The notes beneath the pieces are model-generated. The model was not told where the DNA came from and ran no database searches. It saw only the letters and a program-made list of their open reading frames with translations. Below are positions 12,769 through 25,542 of a DNA stretch of 64,000 nucleotides, piece after piece. The position numbers were made by a program, and so were the translations under genes. Every line of letters starts with the position of its first letter. Within the stretch, counting starts at the first letter, position 1. The stretch is from Coniocarpon cinnabarinum (lineage: Eukaryota): contig JAVECO010000130.1 in assembly GCA_051942205.1 (NCBI GenBank), positions 1-64,000 on the forward strand. Direction: 5' to 3'.

Positions 12769-13095
12769 ATGGACGCGGCAAAGGTCCCCGTCAAGCTCGT
12801 CAAAGTCACCCGCGTTCTTGGTCGCACAGGTAGGTTCCTTCTCACGAGCGTAATTGGCACAATTGAAACACTTCTGACGTGAGAGGACTCCAGGATCACG
12901 TGGCGGTGTGACACAGGTTCGCGTTGAATTTATGGACGACACAACCCGCAGCATCATTCGGAATGTCAAGGGCCCAGGTACGTCACTGGCGAAGGGGGGA
13001 TTACGAGATTTGAGTATTGATTCTAGATCACAGTTAAGGAAGACGATATTCTCTGTCTCCTGGAATCTGAGCGCGAAGCAAGAAGACTGCGATAG
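12769..13095 (+). CDS. RPS28: 40S ribosomal protein S28 (eS28)
   Basis: Introns 12830-12893 and 12978-13033 give [33 protein letters not shown]...[12 protein letters not shown]. Confidence 0.97.
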
Positions 13096-13625
13096 TGGGC
13101 AAGAGAAATCGGTTGAGCCATTGGACGAAAAGACCCATGACATGGCCTAATGGACAGCACTGGACGTCCTGATGCGACGTTGAATCACTCTCGAAGACTA
13201 TACGCGGCTGCAGGCGTGCAGGTGTCCATATTAGCCAGTCAAGTTGCTCACGCAATCCTGCAATTCCCGCATCAACTTGCCACGACTCACGAGTCTTACT
13301 TTCGACTGCAGGCTTGTTCAAGAATTGTTCAGTAAGACGTTGAGACAATCTGGCAATCTCTACTGCAAGTCTTCGAGCTTCAATACTTAGTCTTACAATT
13401 GCTTCGCCGCGTGATTTCTTTTTTCTGTGCTCGCACTTGACTCCAATACAGCTCATTTCGGAATCCACGTGTTTCTGGTCTTTTGTACTTGCAACTCACT
13501 CCGAGCTGCTACTAAATTTGTAGTTTTGCAGCAGCAGTACGCCTATGAGTCACTTCAATGATAATCTCTGCGGATCAACTCTCAGTCAGGTTCTGCTTCA
13601 AGAAACAGAATCCTTCCGCCTTTCG

Positions 13626-16479
13626 TCAGAACGCAACCTTTGGTACATTTGCCGAGGTGACGTAGACTAATGTGGCAACACTGACCCTGCAAATTGGTTA
13701 GCGGAATCTTAGATCGCCGGACGCCTGGGCTGGAGACTTACTTCGATGACAACTTGCGGCCGATTTCATCAAGGTAGCCTTTCTGCTGGAACCCCCAACG
13801 CTGCGTGAGCCATTTCGCGTTCCAGTCAAGCTTTGATCGATCGTCGGAGACATGAGACAGCTGAATGATGACCCTATCCACGACACGCGCGCCTCCATTC
13901 ACATACTTGTTCTTCATTTCTTCGTTGTCGCAGATGAATTCATATCCGCCGACGGCAGGATATTCAAGGTCAAGCACTGACATAAGCTTGTCCATCAGTG
14001 TACGTCCGATACCTTTTCTGACGCAATCCGGCCTCACATAGCACTCGACTTCTACAGTGTAGCGAAACATGCTATCCTTCGCCATGTACTCATCAGCAAA
14101 TGCAAAGCCAACAATACGATCAGGTTGCGTATTTTGACGTGCTCGTGGCCCGCGGACAGGACCTTTCTTGGAAGCAGTTCGATCCACGGCCACAATCCAT
14201 GGCAACCCGTCTTCGAGGGTGTCTGATATACGTTCTTGAAGCACATGCCGTGACAAGCCCGACATCTCAGGTGCGAACACGGACTGCTCGACCCAGTAGT
14301 TATACACCTCTTGGATGGAAGGGGCATCTGTTGGCTCGGCAGGTCGTAGGTAAATGTTCATCTTGGGAGAATGTTCATTGGGCTCCGGAACATAGTTGTC
14401 CATTTCCCTCTGTCTCTGAATTGCGTTACGCTTATCGCGCTTGGCCTTGTTTGCTTTGCGCAAATGTTCATTATTAATGCGCGCCATGGACATGGCGCTG
14501 GTTTGGCTCTGAACCCTGGTAATGTCATTATCGCCAGGATCCACTCTGGCTTCGGGAACCTGCAGAGGCATTAGCTGGTGGTGGTCACCGCCAGTAAAGC
14601 GTTCCCAGTATGGTTTGTTGGTGTCATCCGAATCTTTTACAACATCGCCGCCAAGAGGGAATCTCTGCATTGCAGCCCACCACTCTGCAAAAGCCCTCCA
14701 AGAGCCGTCGACGGCGCCGTTGTCGATCTTCTCAAGCACCCACTGTGGATCACAGATTTCACCTTTCGCATGCACAAAATCCTCTTGATCGGGACACCGG
14801 ACCTGACGGCAAGGAATCATCTGCTCAGCTGCTTCACCAGCTATTGCCGTCGGTGTGCAAACCTGCTGGTCGTAGCCGTCATCCCACTCATATACCGTAG
14901 TTACTACGGGAGTGCCCAAGAACATAGGACGCTCTTCCCAATCAGCGGGCGCAGGCGCCCAGCCCCCAGTCCAGTCTCTGATATCCAACGAAGTATCTTG
15001 TCCAGGCAAGATCGGGCGGATAATGCCGCCTTTGCCGTCTCCAGGATCCGCTTGTGCGCTCGCAAGATCAACAGCATCAATCATATCTTGCTCCCTCTCA
15101 AGGTCAGAATCCAGTTTCGGAGGGGCTTTAACCTCTGCACTTGTGGGCCATTTGGACTGACGTTTACCGCCTCTCTTTTTCTGATTAGAAGATGAACGAT
15201 CATGACTCCAAGAATTGTGTTCGACGCCTGTGGGTTGAGCAGCATAACGAATTGGTTCAGAACTCATATTCCCGTCTTCGTAGCTTGCTTTAGCAGAATT
15301 GAATGTACCTTGGGATTGTGCGAGCACTGCGTTTGGGACAAGTTGTGGCCGCATACTATTTCGGCGTGACCACCCTCCTCTGCTGCTTGCTCGAGACGTC
15401 GCTCGTGGGGTAACTCCGGAAGACGTATGCTGGAGCTGTTGGGCTCCGTGGAAACTCCCGCGCCCGGGCGAAGTCCAATTATGGCCTGCACTTGGATTCA
15501 AGACATTGTTGTTGTCCGCGTTCCATGCATCAGAATTGTGAATATTGTTTTCTGTTCCTGCAGTTCCATTGGGTTCCTTGTTCCAAGCGTTGCCGCTGGT
15601 CGATGGTCGGCTTCTGAGGGCTACCTGTTGCGTCTCGTTTAGTGAAGGCCATGCTGCAGCTTGAGTGTCACGGCTCTCAAAGTTTGCGTTCCAATCTGTC
15701 ATGGTATGGGCGCCACCCTGAGAAGATTCCACAGTCAAATTTCCATCTGAAGCACGCTTTTCGCCTGAGACAGATGATTTCGACGCAGGTCCGTGAGAAG
15801 TGCTTGTTACTAGCCACCCGCTGCCGGACTCTTTGCGATAACGGAAAATTTTCCGAGCTCTGGGGGGAGACAAAACGTGCGCTAATCCGCAATCACCGGT
15901 AGTGCTGTTGGGCCTGCAAACTGTTATTCGTCATTCGCGTTCTTTTAGTAGAGTGATCTCAGCAGATTCCAGTGCGACACATTGGGTTGACAGGGCGTGT
16001 CCGGCGAGTTTGGCAGACCCTGATTCCTCACCGGAATGACCTTACTTACCACGTTGGGGTATACTGAGACGGAGGCAGAGCGACTCCACCGTCGAGTTCT
16101 GGAGATGACTGCGGCCTCTCTGTGAGAGAATCGGTCAAGTCTTGATCACACGCCTGCTGACAAGGTGAATGATGACCTTCTGCCTTTGGTGTTGTGGGGT
16201 CGAAGATGTCTTTGTCCGCAGTGCTGGTACTCTGTCAGAAAAGCGGCCAGGTCGCTCTTTCGAGGAACACGTACATGTGATTCTGAGCGAAGCGTGCTGC
16301 TTCACCCCCTTGCTTTGATGTATTGCCAAGTGATTCTGATCTAGAAATGAGGCATCGTCAGCATCGCGTAGTGTAGATGGGGTCTCGGTGTTACGATTCA
16401 GCATGTTGAGCATGAATGACGAAAGCTCATACCGTTGATCTGGTTGATGAGGCTCCGAAGAGACCCAGTCCTGATGCAT
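13626..16479 (-). CDS. GNAT N-acetyltransferase domain protein with long low-complexity N-terminus
   Basis: C-terminal GNAT (LRPAEPTD...VGFAFA...YVRPDCVRKGIGRTLM). Last intron 13687-13741. Three upstream GT-AG introns between ~15915 and ~16422 keep frame back to ATG 16479; the 5' end is less certain. Confidence 0.7.
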
Positions 16480-17380
16480 ATCGTCAGTGCATCGAAGTCA
16501 ACGACTTGGCATTCATGAAGCGTGATTCAAGGACTACAGTAGGCACTCGACAGCGTTGAAATCGAATGACAAGCAAAGTTCGTAACAGGTTGAAATGTGA
16601 GACGAGGCTTACTTAAGCAGTGAAACAGTTGGCTTTCCAGTTGGGAGGTGTGGACAGATGAGGTGTTGACCGCCCGTTCACCTTAAGGTTGTCTTTGGAC
16701 TGCAGGCCGCAGCACCCTGACTCGGCGGAGTCCCACTCAGCACGGTCCTCTTAATGCGGGGCAGACGTCCAAACGCCCTAGATTCACACGAGCTTTTAGA
16801 CACCTACAACCTGAGGTAAATACCACAAGTCACCTGGGTTAGAGAAGTTGTGCGCATAAGGCCGTCGCTCCCATTCCTGACATGCCAAGTATCGCGCTAG
16901 TGCAGATACCCGCCGCCGGTGCTTGTCATTGGTTCAAAGCGGCTGCTGACGTAACAGACCCAGCCCGCGATGTCTCATCCCACTACTCCGCGTGTCCACC
17001 AAACCCCTTCCGCCCTCCGCCTCTTCCCCGCCGCCCGCGCCTCCGTTCTCTGCATTCAAAATTCTTGGACAGATCCCGGCGTCGTTACAGCTACTTTTAT
17101 TAGCGTGATCGTGTTTACACGAAGGGAGCTGAAACTGCGGACTATGGTTCACTGTTCAGATGCGTGGATAACTGGTGTATATCATACATGAATGGAGGAA
17201 GAAAATACCCCCAGAAACCGGCCCATACGCTCCTTTCACATCGAGTAATTTCCGCCTCTCAAATATGCCACCACTGCCTTAGTGGTTTTCGCCCCAGTTC
17301 GCGCCTTCTTTTACCGATCCACCACAGAGCACAAGTCAGTATCGATTTACATACAGAGATCGCGCAATCCCTTCCCAAGC

Positions 17381-18083
17381 ATGTTGGGCATCCTGCGCAA
17401 GGCGCGCATGAAGGACAAGTCATTGCGCGTCTTGCTCCTCGGTCTTGATAATGCTGGTAAGACTACCGTCGTCAAGCGCATCCTCGGCGAAGACATCACC
17501 ACCGTCTCTCCCACTTTGGGTTTTCAAATACGCACAGTGGACTTTCAAGGGTAGGCAGTGCTTGAGATGAGCGTAGTTAAGAAGCAGTCAAGGCTGATAC
17601 CCTTAGGTATCAGTTGAACATATGTAAGCTGCTCCGTTGGGGCTCTAAATCGCATTTACTCTGAATGGGGACTCCTTGCAAGGCGTACTCGCAATCTGAC
17701 TCCTCGACATGCTAATAGAGACAGGGGACGTCGGCGGGCAAAAAACACTGCGGACCTACTGGCGCAACTACTTTGAGAAGACAGACACCCTGATTTGGAC
17801 TGTGGACTCCACCGATCGAGAACGCCTCGCCGACTGCAGGGACGAGCTGCACGGGCTCCTGCTAGAGGAAAGGCTGCAGGGAGCTAGTCTGTTGGTCCTC
17901 AAAAACAAGTCCGACATTGCCACCACCCTCTCGGAGGAAGAGGTCGTTGCTGCGCTCAATTTGCAAAGCATCAAGACTCATGGCTGGAAAATCGCAACCT
18001 GCAGCGCAGTAACAGGGCAGGGGCTTGACGACACCGTCGCTTGGGTGGTTCAAGATGCGAAAGACCGCTTTTTCCTATATTGA
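17381..18083 (+). CDS. ARL2: ADP-ribosylation factor-like GTPase 2 (Cin4/Alp41)
   Basis: GLDNAGKTT, WDVGGQKTLR, YWRNYFEKTD and NKSD motifs. Two introns flank a 17-nt microexon at 17607-17623. Confidence 0.95.
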
Positions 18084-18248
18084 CTACCTTGCATCCCAGC
18101 ATATGCGACTGCGGCGTCGCGCGGGTTTACTATTGCACCTTATGCCGATGATCGACTTTGAACAGCAACAACATTCGAAGACTCATCGCGTTCCAGCGTG
18201 AGAATCGCGTGAGAGCGGCTCCTCTGCACTTTCTTGGCATTTCCAAAG

Positions 18249-20327
18249 TCAAGACGCTGTCAAATTAAGGCCTAATACGCTAAGCAATTGGCTGAATCGC
18301 GGCGTCCCGAATCCGGTGACAGCATCCCATCCCGTCGCCGCTGGAAATCCCGCGGTGTCACATCCAGATGAGCTCCCCGCTGTAACATCAAAGAAAGCTT
18401 GATAGCCGGTACTATAAAGCCAGGGATTCAGGAAACCCAGAGGCGCCTTCCCTGCAGCAACGAGGGCATCGTTGACTAGGGCGATTACGCTCGCAGCAGT
18501 TGGCGATGACGCGCTTGTCCCATCAAGAAGGACTGTTTGGCCCTTGTAGATGGTGATGAAGGTCTGGCCTTGGGCGGCGATATCAGGATAAGCGCGGCCG
18601 CTGCTGTTATACAAGCCCGCGTATTCTGTGCCTAAACTAGTAACGTACGCGTTGACTTGTGAAGATTGGTACGATGGCTGGGCAAAATAGTTTGAAAATC
18701 CAGCGCCAGAAGTAAAGCCATTATTGGGATCTGCTGCAGCGATCTCAGGGTCGAATTGCTGGGTGGCCCCGACCGCAGTTACGAAGGGGCAACTCGCTGG
18801 GAAGCTGGCATTGCTCTTGTCAGCATGACGTTCCTCAATATTGCTGGCTAATTGCCGGTGTAAGATCGGCTTGGCCATGGCTACATCTGAAGCGTTCAGA
18901 TGAATCGAGGCATGATTCAGCCTCAACGCGATCGCATAATCACATATAGCGTTCGAGACCAGGCATATCATCATGCCATCGACATCGAAAGCTTGATTTT
19001 TCAAAAGCATGGCAGAAAGGAGTAGAAGTGAGAAGTTTCTGACTCACCTGGGAATGAATTTGTTCGTATTCATGCCGTCGTTACTGACACACGACCCATT
19101 CGGTCCAACACCGGCATCGCCTGAACTGAAAAGCAGACTCACGCCTCTAGCTCCGAGCTGAGCGAATTGGTTGCAAACTGTAGTCGCGTATTCGATTGGC
19201 ACAGTTTGTTCATCATCCCCGTAAGATGTGGAAATGGTTTGGGGGATTTCCGCATCTGTCTGGTTCAGAACATAATTGACCCATTCAAGGTAGGGTTCGT
19301 TAGTGTTTGTGGGCGTGCGCTCATCTGGGATAAAAGGAGGAGACCCGCCAGTGCTGTAAGCGACCAAGGGAAGGGGATATGCAATCCCAAGAATCGTCTC
19401 GGCATCAAGATTGCCTTCTTCGCCGGCTGAAGGGTCGGCTACGGCATTTTGCAGATTGATTGCGTCGAAAGTGTCCGCGGCTCCAACAGCATCAGGTCGA
19501 TACCTTTGCAGGAAGGTTCGGACGTCGGTTCTGTTATTTGATTCTCCAAGGTAATTAGTGAGGCCAATCTGAACAGTACCGTTAGGCGCTTGCGGAGTGT
19601 AATCGTACGTCTCATACAAAGTGCGCAAGCAATCGGGTGTCACGCCGGAAGTGCTGCAGACGTCTGAAATGGCTGGAGGCGTGGCGGCACTGATGGCTGG
19701 AGCCGCTGGTGCTTGCTCTACCGGTAAATCTGCATCAAGCACTTCCACGGGTATAAAAGTACGCTTCTCTGGCGAGAGGCGAAGAAACGATGTTGTCGGT
19801 TGAATTGCAACAATGTGCTCATGCAGGTGCTCCGGTAGAGACCACTCGGGAGCACGGACTAGGTGCGTGCCATCGTCATGTTTGAAGACGCCGTAATCTG
19901 TGTCAAGCATACGTTCGATCGCCTTAACAGGCAGACGAACACGAATCCAATCTCGAGCAGCAGAGAAGTTCAAGTGGCTTTCGTCGATGCTATGCGATTC
20001 GAGCCATTTCCGGACTTGCGATAATGCGTCGTCGGTGGGTTTGATGAGCTCGTTAACGTCTTCGGTGCTGAGATATTGACCATAGCGTTGGTGGGTCGGG
20101 TCAGAGACCTCGAAGAGATGCCTTTGCAGCTCGTCGAAACGACTTTGCTTCAAGCCAATTTGGAGGTCAACCTCGTGATCTCCCGGTGCGTCGCTAATGC
20201 GTTGCCAGCCCCGCGGTACGTTGTGTTTCTCTTTGATGGCGAAATTGTCCTGTGAGGTAGCAGGCAGTGCCGCCGCGAGTGACTGTGTTGCTGCCAAGAG
20301 CGCTGCTACCTTGTAAGAGAAGCGCAT
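18249..20327 (-). CDS. Secreted tripeptidyl-peptidase / sedolisin (peptidase S53)
   Basis: Signal peptide, pro-domain, EGNLD, SSGDAG, GTSASSP and GWDAVTGFGTP motifs. One intron, 18805-19047. Confidence 0.93.
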
Positions 20328-21137
20328 TTTGGTCGAGTATCAATACTGGTATGTCCAGGACTTGTGTCGACAGGCTGCGCGAGCCAGAGAAGAGTTGGCG
20401 CCGACAGCGAAGACAGTTGAGGCGCTAGAGCAAACCGTGAGGGGGCGCTTCTGTCTCGCACATTCCGGACACTGAGCGCCAGCGACATTTCTATATGTAA
20501 TGCTTGCATCATCCATCAGCTGTGCGCATGCCAAGAACTTGGCCCAAGGGCAGCAGGAGATCCCTATTCCAGCTATAGTGAGGTTGTATCGCACCAGGCC
20601 CGGAGGAGGAACAGGCAGGTTCGACGTCGGTTATCGTCCGCCAATGGGGGTGGTGACACTGAGCGTTTTTGGAGAGTCTTGGATGTCATGCTGCTTTGAT
20701 AGGGTATCGAATGATCGACGTAGCGCCGGGGCAGTTGCGTTATCGCAGTCTGGCGGGCGGTTTGCAGATCGCCCAGCTGCTCAGGCGACATCCCTGCCAA
20801 GGCGCATCTGTGGCGTTGCCTGCAGATCCGCGGGGAACGCAGCTGCGCAACCCTGCATGCAACCACGATGGGAGTCCTAGTCGATAAGAAGCGAAGGTCG
20901 GCTTGTGTCCTGGGTGGCTTCGTGGACGGGCAAGCCTGCTCACTGCACCATCAAAAGTTAGCCCCGGTCCCGAGGCTGGAATACTGGCCACCGTGTAAAT
21001 CTGAGCGCTCTCAAACCAGATCAGCCACATGTCCGATCAGGAAACGCCGGTTGCATTTTACAGCAGAATGTTAGGTCTAATCCTGTTCATAAACATTCAC
21101 ACGAGCTAGACAGAGGAAAGAGCGCAGCGCAACTGAC

Positions 21138-22223
21138 TCAGATTTGATTGTAGCCTCCGCGGGTGTGTGTGCCTTGCACGGTGTCGATGATGGCCCGACC
21201 CCAGTCCTTGAGCAGATAGGGGATATCTCGAATAGTGTCACCATGCGGTAACAAGTCCCAGCCACGTGCTCCATGGCGATTGTAATTCAGCCAAGAGCCA
21301 AAGATCAAGTAGGCAGCCGCCAACAGGAACAGGCTGGAATCTGGTCAGTATGCATCCACCATCAACTACCAGTGAAGGAGGGCGAGCACTCACATAATGA
21401 TGAACCACGTGAAGAATCCCCATGAGCCTTGTGCGCCAGACGAGCTCTTTGCTGCGTCGTCTTCACAAGCATGCACGCTCTTCCACTTCACTCGCAGTAC
21501 GTAGTTGATTCCTTGCTTCTTGTCTCCAGGGATAGGTTCAGGACCGTAAGAGACAAACTGTGGCTTGGATGTCTCGGAACCAGTGGGTTCGTCTCCATCC
21601 TCATCTCCGTCGTCTCTTGACTCCTTGGTTGCTCTTCTGGAATATCGATTTGCATCCTTGTCGCACACTAGCGACGCAATCATTTTCGCTGGCTTTCCGT
21701 CCACCTTGCCGCCCTGTAAATGTATTCGAACGCCCTCCAAGCCTTGCTCGGCATCTGATTCTGACGAGGAACCCTTTATACGCTCAACCTTATCTTCGAG
21801 TTGGCCACCAGTGCTGGCGAATGTACCTGCTATTGACCATGCATCCTTGATGGATTTACTTGTCTCCTTGCTATCGGGATCATAATCTCGTTTAAATCCA
21901 CACACTATGAGGGGTTAGCATGATCAGAGGTTTTTGGTCTAGGATAAGCCAAGGGTGCGCATACCCCATGAGCCTCGCAAGCACTCGGTCTCGTCTTCCT
22001 CACGATGATGGTGTAGCGTGTGGCATAGGTCGAAGGTAAACGTAGTATTCGTCGGATGGCTCGTGTCTTCGATGTCGAGTTGATATACTGAGCGGGGTCC
22101 TTCCAAAGGAGTGATGTCCCATTTGACGCCGTCAGCAACTACATCGGAGCAGTGTATGCTAGCAGTAGCAAAGCCGAAGACGCTGCTCGCCACAGCAAGA
22201 CGCTTCACAGAAAATGTCCCCAT
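21138..22223 (-). CDS. ATG27: Autophagy-related protein 27 (type I membrane protein)
   Basis: Signal peptide, Cys-containing lumenal domain, WGFFTWFII transmembrane segment and YLIFGSWLNYNRHGARGWDLLPHGD tail. Two introns. Confidence 0.88.
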
Positions 22224-23668
22224 CTCAAAAGCTACCGTCTGGTCCAAAGCCAGGCAATGAGCGCGAGAGTCGACCTGCTAAAGACTTGAGAACAGGGCAA
22301 GGGGGCGGTCAATGCGGTCACTGTGAATGCTGTGCCGCAATCAATAGATTGACAAATGGTTCGCTGGGTCACAGTCGGAACAATCGCAGACACCAGAGAT
22401 TGGTAAGGGCTTGACTACGTGCACAAGATGATGAGGTGCTCGTGTTCATGATCCCGCATGTAGACGTAAGCTGCACTGCAGCGAGTGTTGCAGACCCTGC
22501 CGAAACAGTTTGTTTGAATCAGTCCTTCCCAATCGCTTCCCGCAATGAATGCCCAACCTCTTTTCCAGCTAATCATGCGCTTCATGAAATTTTGCTAGCA
22601 CCGAGCTTGTATAGTCGACAGCCTGCCGATGAACGTCAATCCAATGACCATCCCATATGGGTTGTTGTCGCCGTCTGCACGTTGTCGCGGCAAGCTCACG
22701 TGAGCTTCACCTGCACAGTATTCGGCATCGAAGGGCACTATCTTCTTTGTGTATGTGGACGCAGTCAGCGCGGACGTAGCCAAGGCCAAGGGAGTCAAGT
22801 GTCTCGGAGCAATGAATGAAACCGACACTTGACCCAGACAAGGTCTTCGCCACACATCCAACCGTCGCCCCATACCTGGGGCCGACACCCAGCCCAGGTG
22901 TTTCTATGCCTTGGGAAAGGTTCTACAATCACTGGACCACGTCCACCCTTCACGCAGAAACCCTGCTCGTCATGATGCCGGTATCTGCATTTCTTCACAG
23001 AGACCGGGAAAGAGACAGGAGTAGATCAGCCGTTCTGAGTGCTTGCTGCTGGAAGTGTTGCATTGCTAAAAAGCCAATGGTACCAAAAGTCATTCTATGC
23101 AATGCACACCTCTGGGGGCAGCTTTGATGCTCGCCTCAAAGACTACCTTTACGCGCATTCATTTTCACATGCGAACCTCTCCGTCGGCTTCTGGATCGAT
23201 CGTCTCCGGGCACGGACGGGGCTGCGATCCAGACTGAGAAGGATGACCGAGCGTCTTGTATCTGCCAAATCCGAAGACATGTCTCGGCGATCCCGCCACA
23301 TTCAGCATGCAGATGGTCAATGCTTCTGGCAAATCGCCGTAATGTCTGAAGTGAACAGTGATAAGCTACGTCTTTAGTGACGTGACTTTCAACTGCGGAG
23401 AACGCGACAACCTGTTGCTGCGGCCAGCAGTAGTGATACGAGACTTGACCTGAAAGAACTCTGCTTTAGATGCCACCTACCGTGAAGAGTATTCGATCCA
23501 CATCCCCAATCCACGGCCAGATCATGAGCTGCTCTGTCTGTCATACTATCCTACATGCGTGATTGACCTTATCGCGACTGATAGTGCATAAGAGCATTGC
23601 CCTTCCCTGGACTGTTCTGAACCCGTCCTCCCAGCTCAACTGTACTCCATCGACAGAGCATCGGAATT

Positions 23669-24917
23669 ATGTCAGACCTGTCCGCTTCAAACGAGGACAA
23701 AGGTCCAGTGACTTTGGTCATCATTGGTATCTTTGCAGGACTTGCCACACTTTTCGTCTCTCTTCGCTTCCTGGCCCGCAGAACATCTAAGACAGCTCTG
23801 TGGGTATGTAATTGAACGGCAACAACCTGCCAAGATCGTGCGCAGCACCAAATGCTAATGATTCTGTAGTTTGACGATTACTTCATAGTGTTGGCCCTGA
23901 TCGTCTGCTTCACCGGCGTTGGTATTGCTGTCCGAGGTAGGGACTCGGCGAATAGCTCAAGCATAAACAATACTAATAGCCAATCTAGCCGTTCAACATG
24001 GCACCGGCCAGCATATTAGTCGCGATCACCCAGAGGATTTTGAAGAAGCTCTCAGAATTACGTGGGCAAGCCAGTTCCTCTATGTCTGGTGCCTAGCCTT
24101 TGTGAAGCTGTCGATCGTCCTACAAATGTGGCGCATTTTCAAGGTGTGGCATCGTTTCAGGATCACGGCCTACTTGATAGGCGCAACCATTTGCCTCTGG
24201 GCAATCGCATGCACACTGGTAGGGCTGTTGGAATGTCGACCTATCAGCTCTTACTGGCGCAAGCCGTGGTCCAACAGCTGCATATCAGCCGAACGATATT
24301 TATTTGCCGAGAGTATTCCTGGCATTGCGACGGACTTGATTCTGATCGTGGTTCCGCTGCCGTTCATCTTCAAGCTTCGATTTATTCGACTCTGGCAGCG
24401 CCTTGGCATTGGTCTAGCTTTTGCGTTGGGCAGCTGCTCCACCTTGATCAGCATCTATCGCTTGACGGTAGTGTATGCCCATAAGGACTCGCCGGACGTC
24501 ACCTGGTCGTTGACGAGAATCATCATCTGGTCCGCCGTGGAATATTCGGTCGGCATCATTTGCGCATGCATCCCGAGCCTAGCTCCGTTAGTACGGTCTG
24601 TTCTCCGCGAGGTATACAAGAAGTCGCGAGAGTCAGTATTGGGACGAACCATATCGAGCGACTTTCTCGACCTTAGAGAACGCAATGCGTGGTTGCAACG
24701 ACCACGACCGGTGGCAACGAGTCCACAAATCGGCATCACAATTCGAGCACAGCGCAGTGACGAACATGTGCTATTGGTCGACTGCTCTCTAATTGCTGAT
24801 TTAGAGCAAAACGCTCTTGAAAGTGTCGCTGACGATCATCACTGGCCGCACGACCTGAACGAAGCTTGTGACGGAGGATATGTTGATCGGCGCCCTCTTT
24901 CGCATGGCGCTTACTGA
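23669..24917 (+). CDS. PTH11-like / fungal rhodopsin-family 7TM membrane protein (no CFEM)
   Basis: VSLRFLAR..FDDY, KLSI, C.PISSYW, TDLILIVVPLP and WSAVEYSVGIICACIPSL motifs. Two 5' introns. Confidence 0.85.
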
Positions 24918-25542
24918 CCTCTGCAGCGAACATGATATGTACAGTAGCCCTCCCGAATCACGTGGCAACGAGATACGAAGTAATGCATATTGGAATCCTG
25001 GTAGTAGTTCAATTACTTGTCGAGTCGATCGACGCTTGACTCTACAATGCTCGTAGTCGACCGTGAAGGGTAGGGTGGCGGCGAAGGGTAGTTAAGGCAT
25101 TCAGGCATACCATAATGTTGGCCTTGGGGATCAGGCATAGAAGCAGTAAGTGCGAGTCAGGTCCCGACCCGGCCAGCGCCAGTCTGGTGTCACCACCTAC
25201 CCGACCACATCACCCTCCTCCTGCCCTGTCGTCTCTTCCGTTCCAGCCAACACATCTAACAGCACCACCTTGCCCCGGATGCTGCGTCATTGTCAAGCCG
25301 CCCTTCTAGCTTTCGACTTGCTCGGACTGTGGCTGTAACATTTCTCAAACCAAGGCTCATACACTGGCGTTTCTGCGCAACGAGCCAACGTCCCCAAAAC
25401 CCCGCCCCTTCTGCATCTGTTTTCCGGGTCGCGTGGCCAACGGCCTCGATGCCAATCTGAGTTGACATTTTGCTCGTGAACCTCTTCTTGAGAAGAACTC
25501 TGTGTATCAGACAGCCCTTACTGGGGCTGGACAACCTGTGCG

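Noticed and set aside
16041..16052. TACTTACC resembling the U1 snRNA 5' end
   Set aside because: It is the reverse complement of a minus-strand GTAAGT splice donor; no U1 structure follows.
22436..23377. Short ORFs between ATG27 and the PTH11-like gene, one faintly thioredoxin-like (FVYVDAVSADVAKAKGV)
   Set aside because: No CxxC, interrupted by stops and no coherent splice model.
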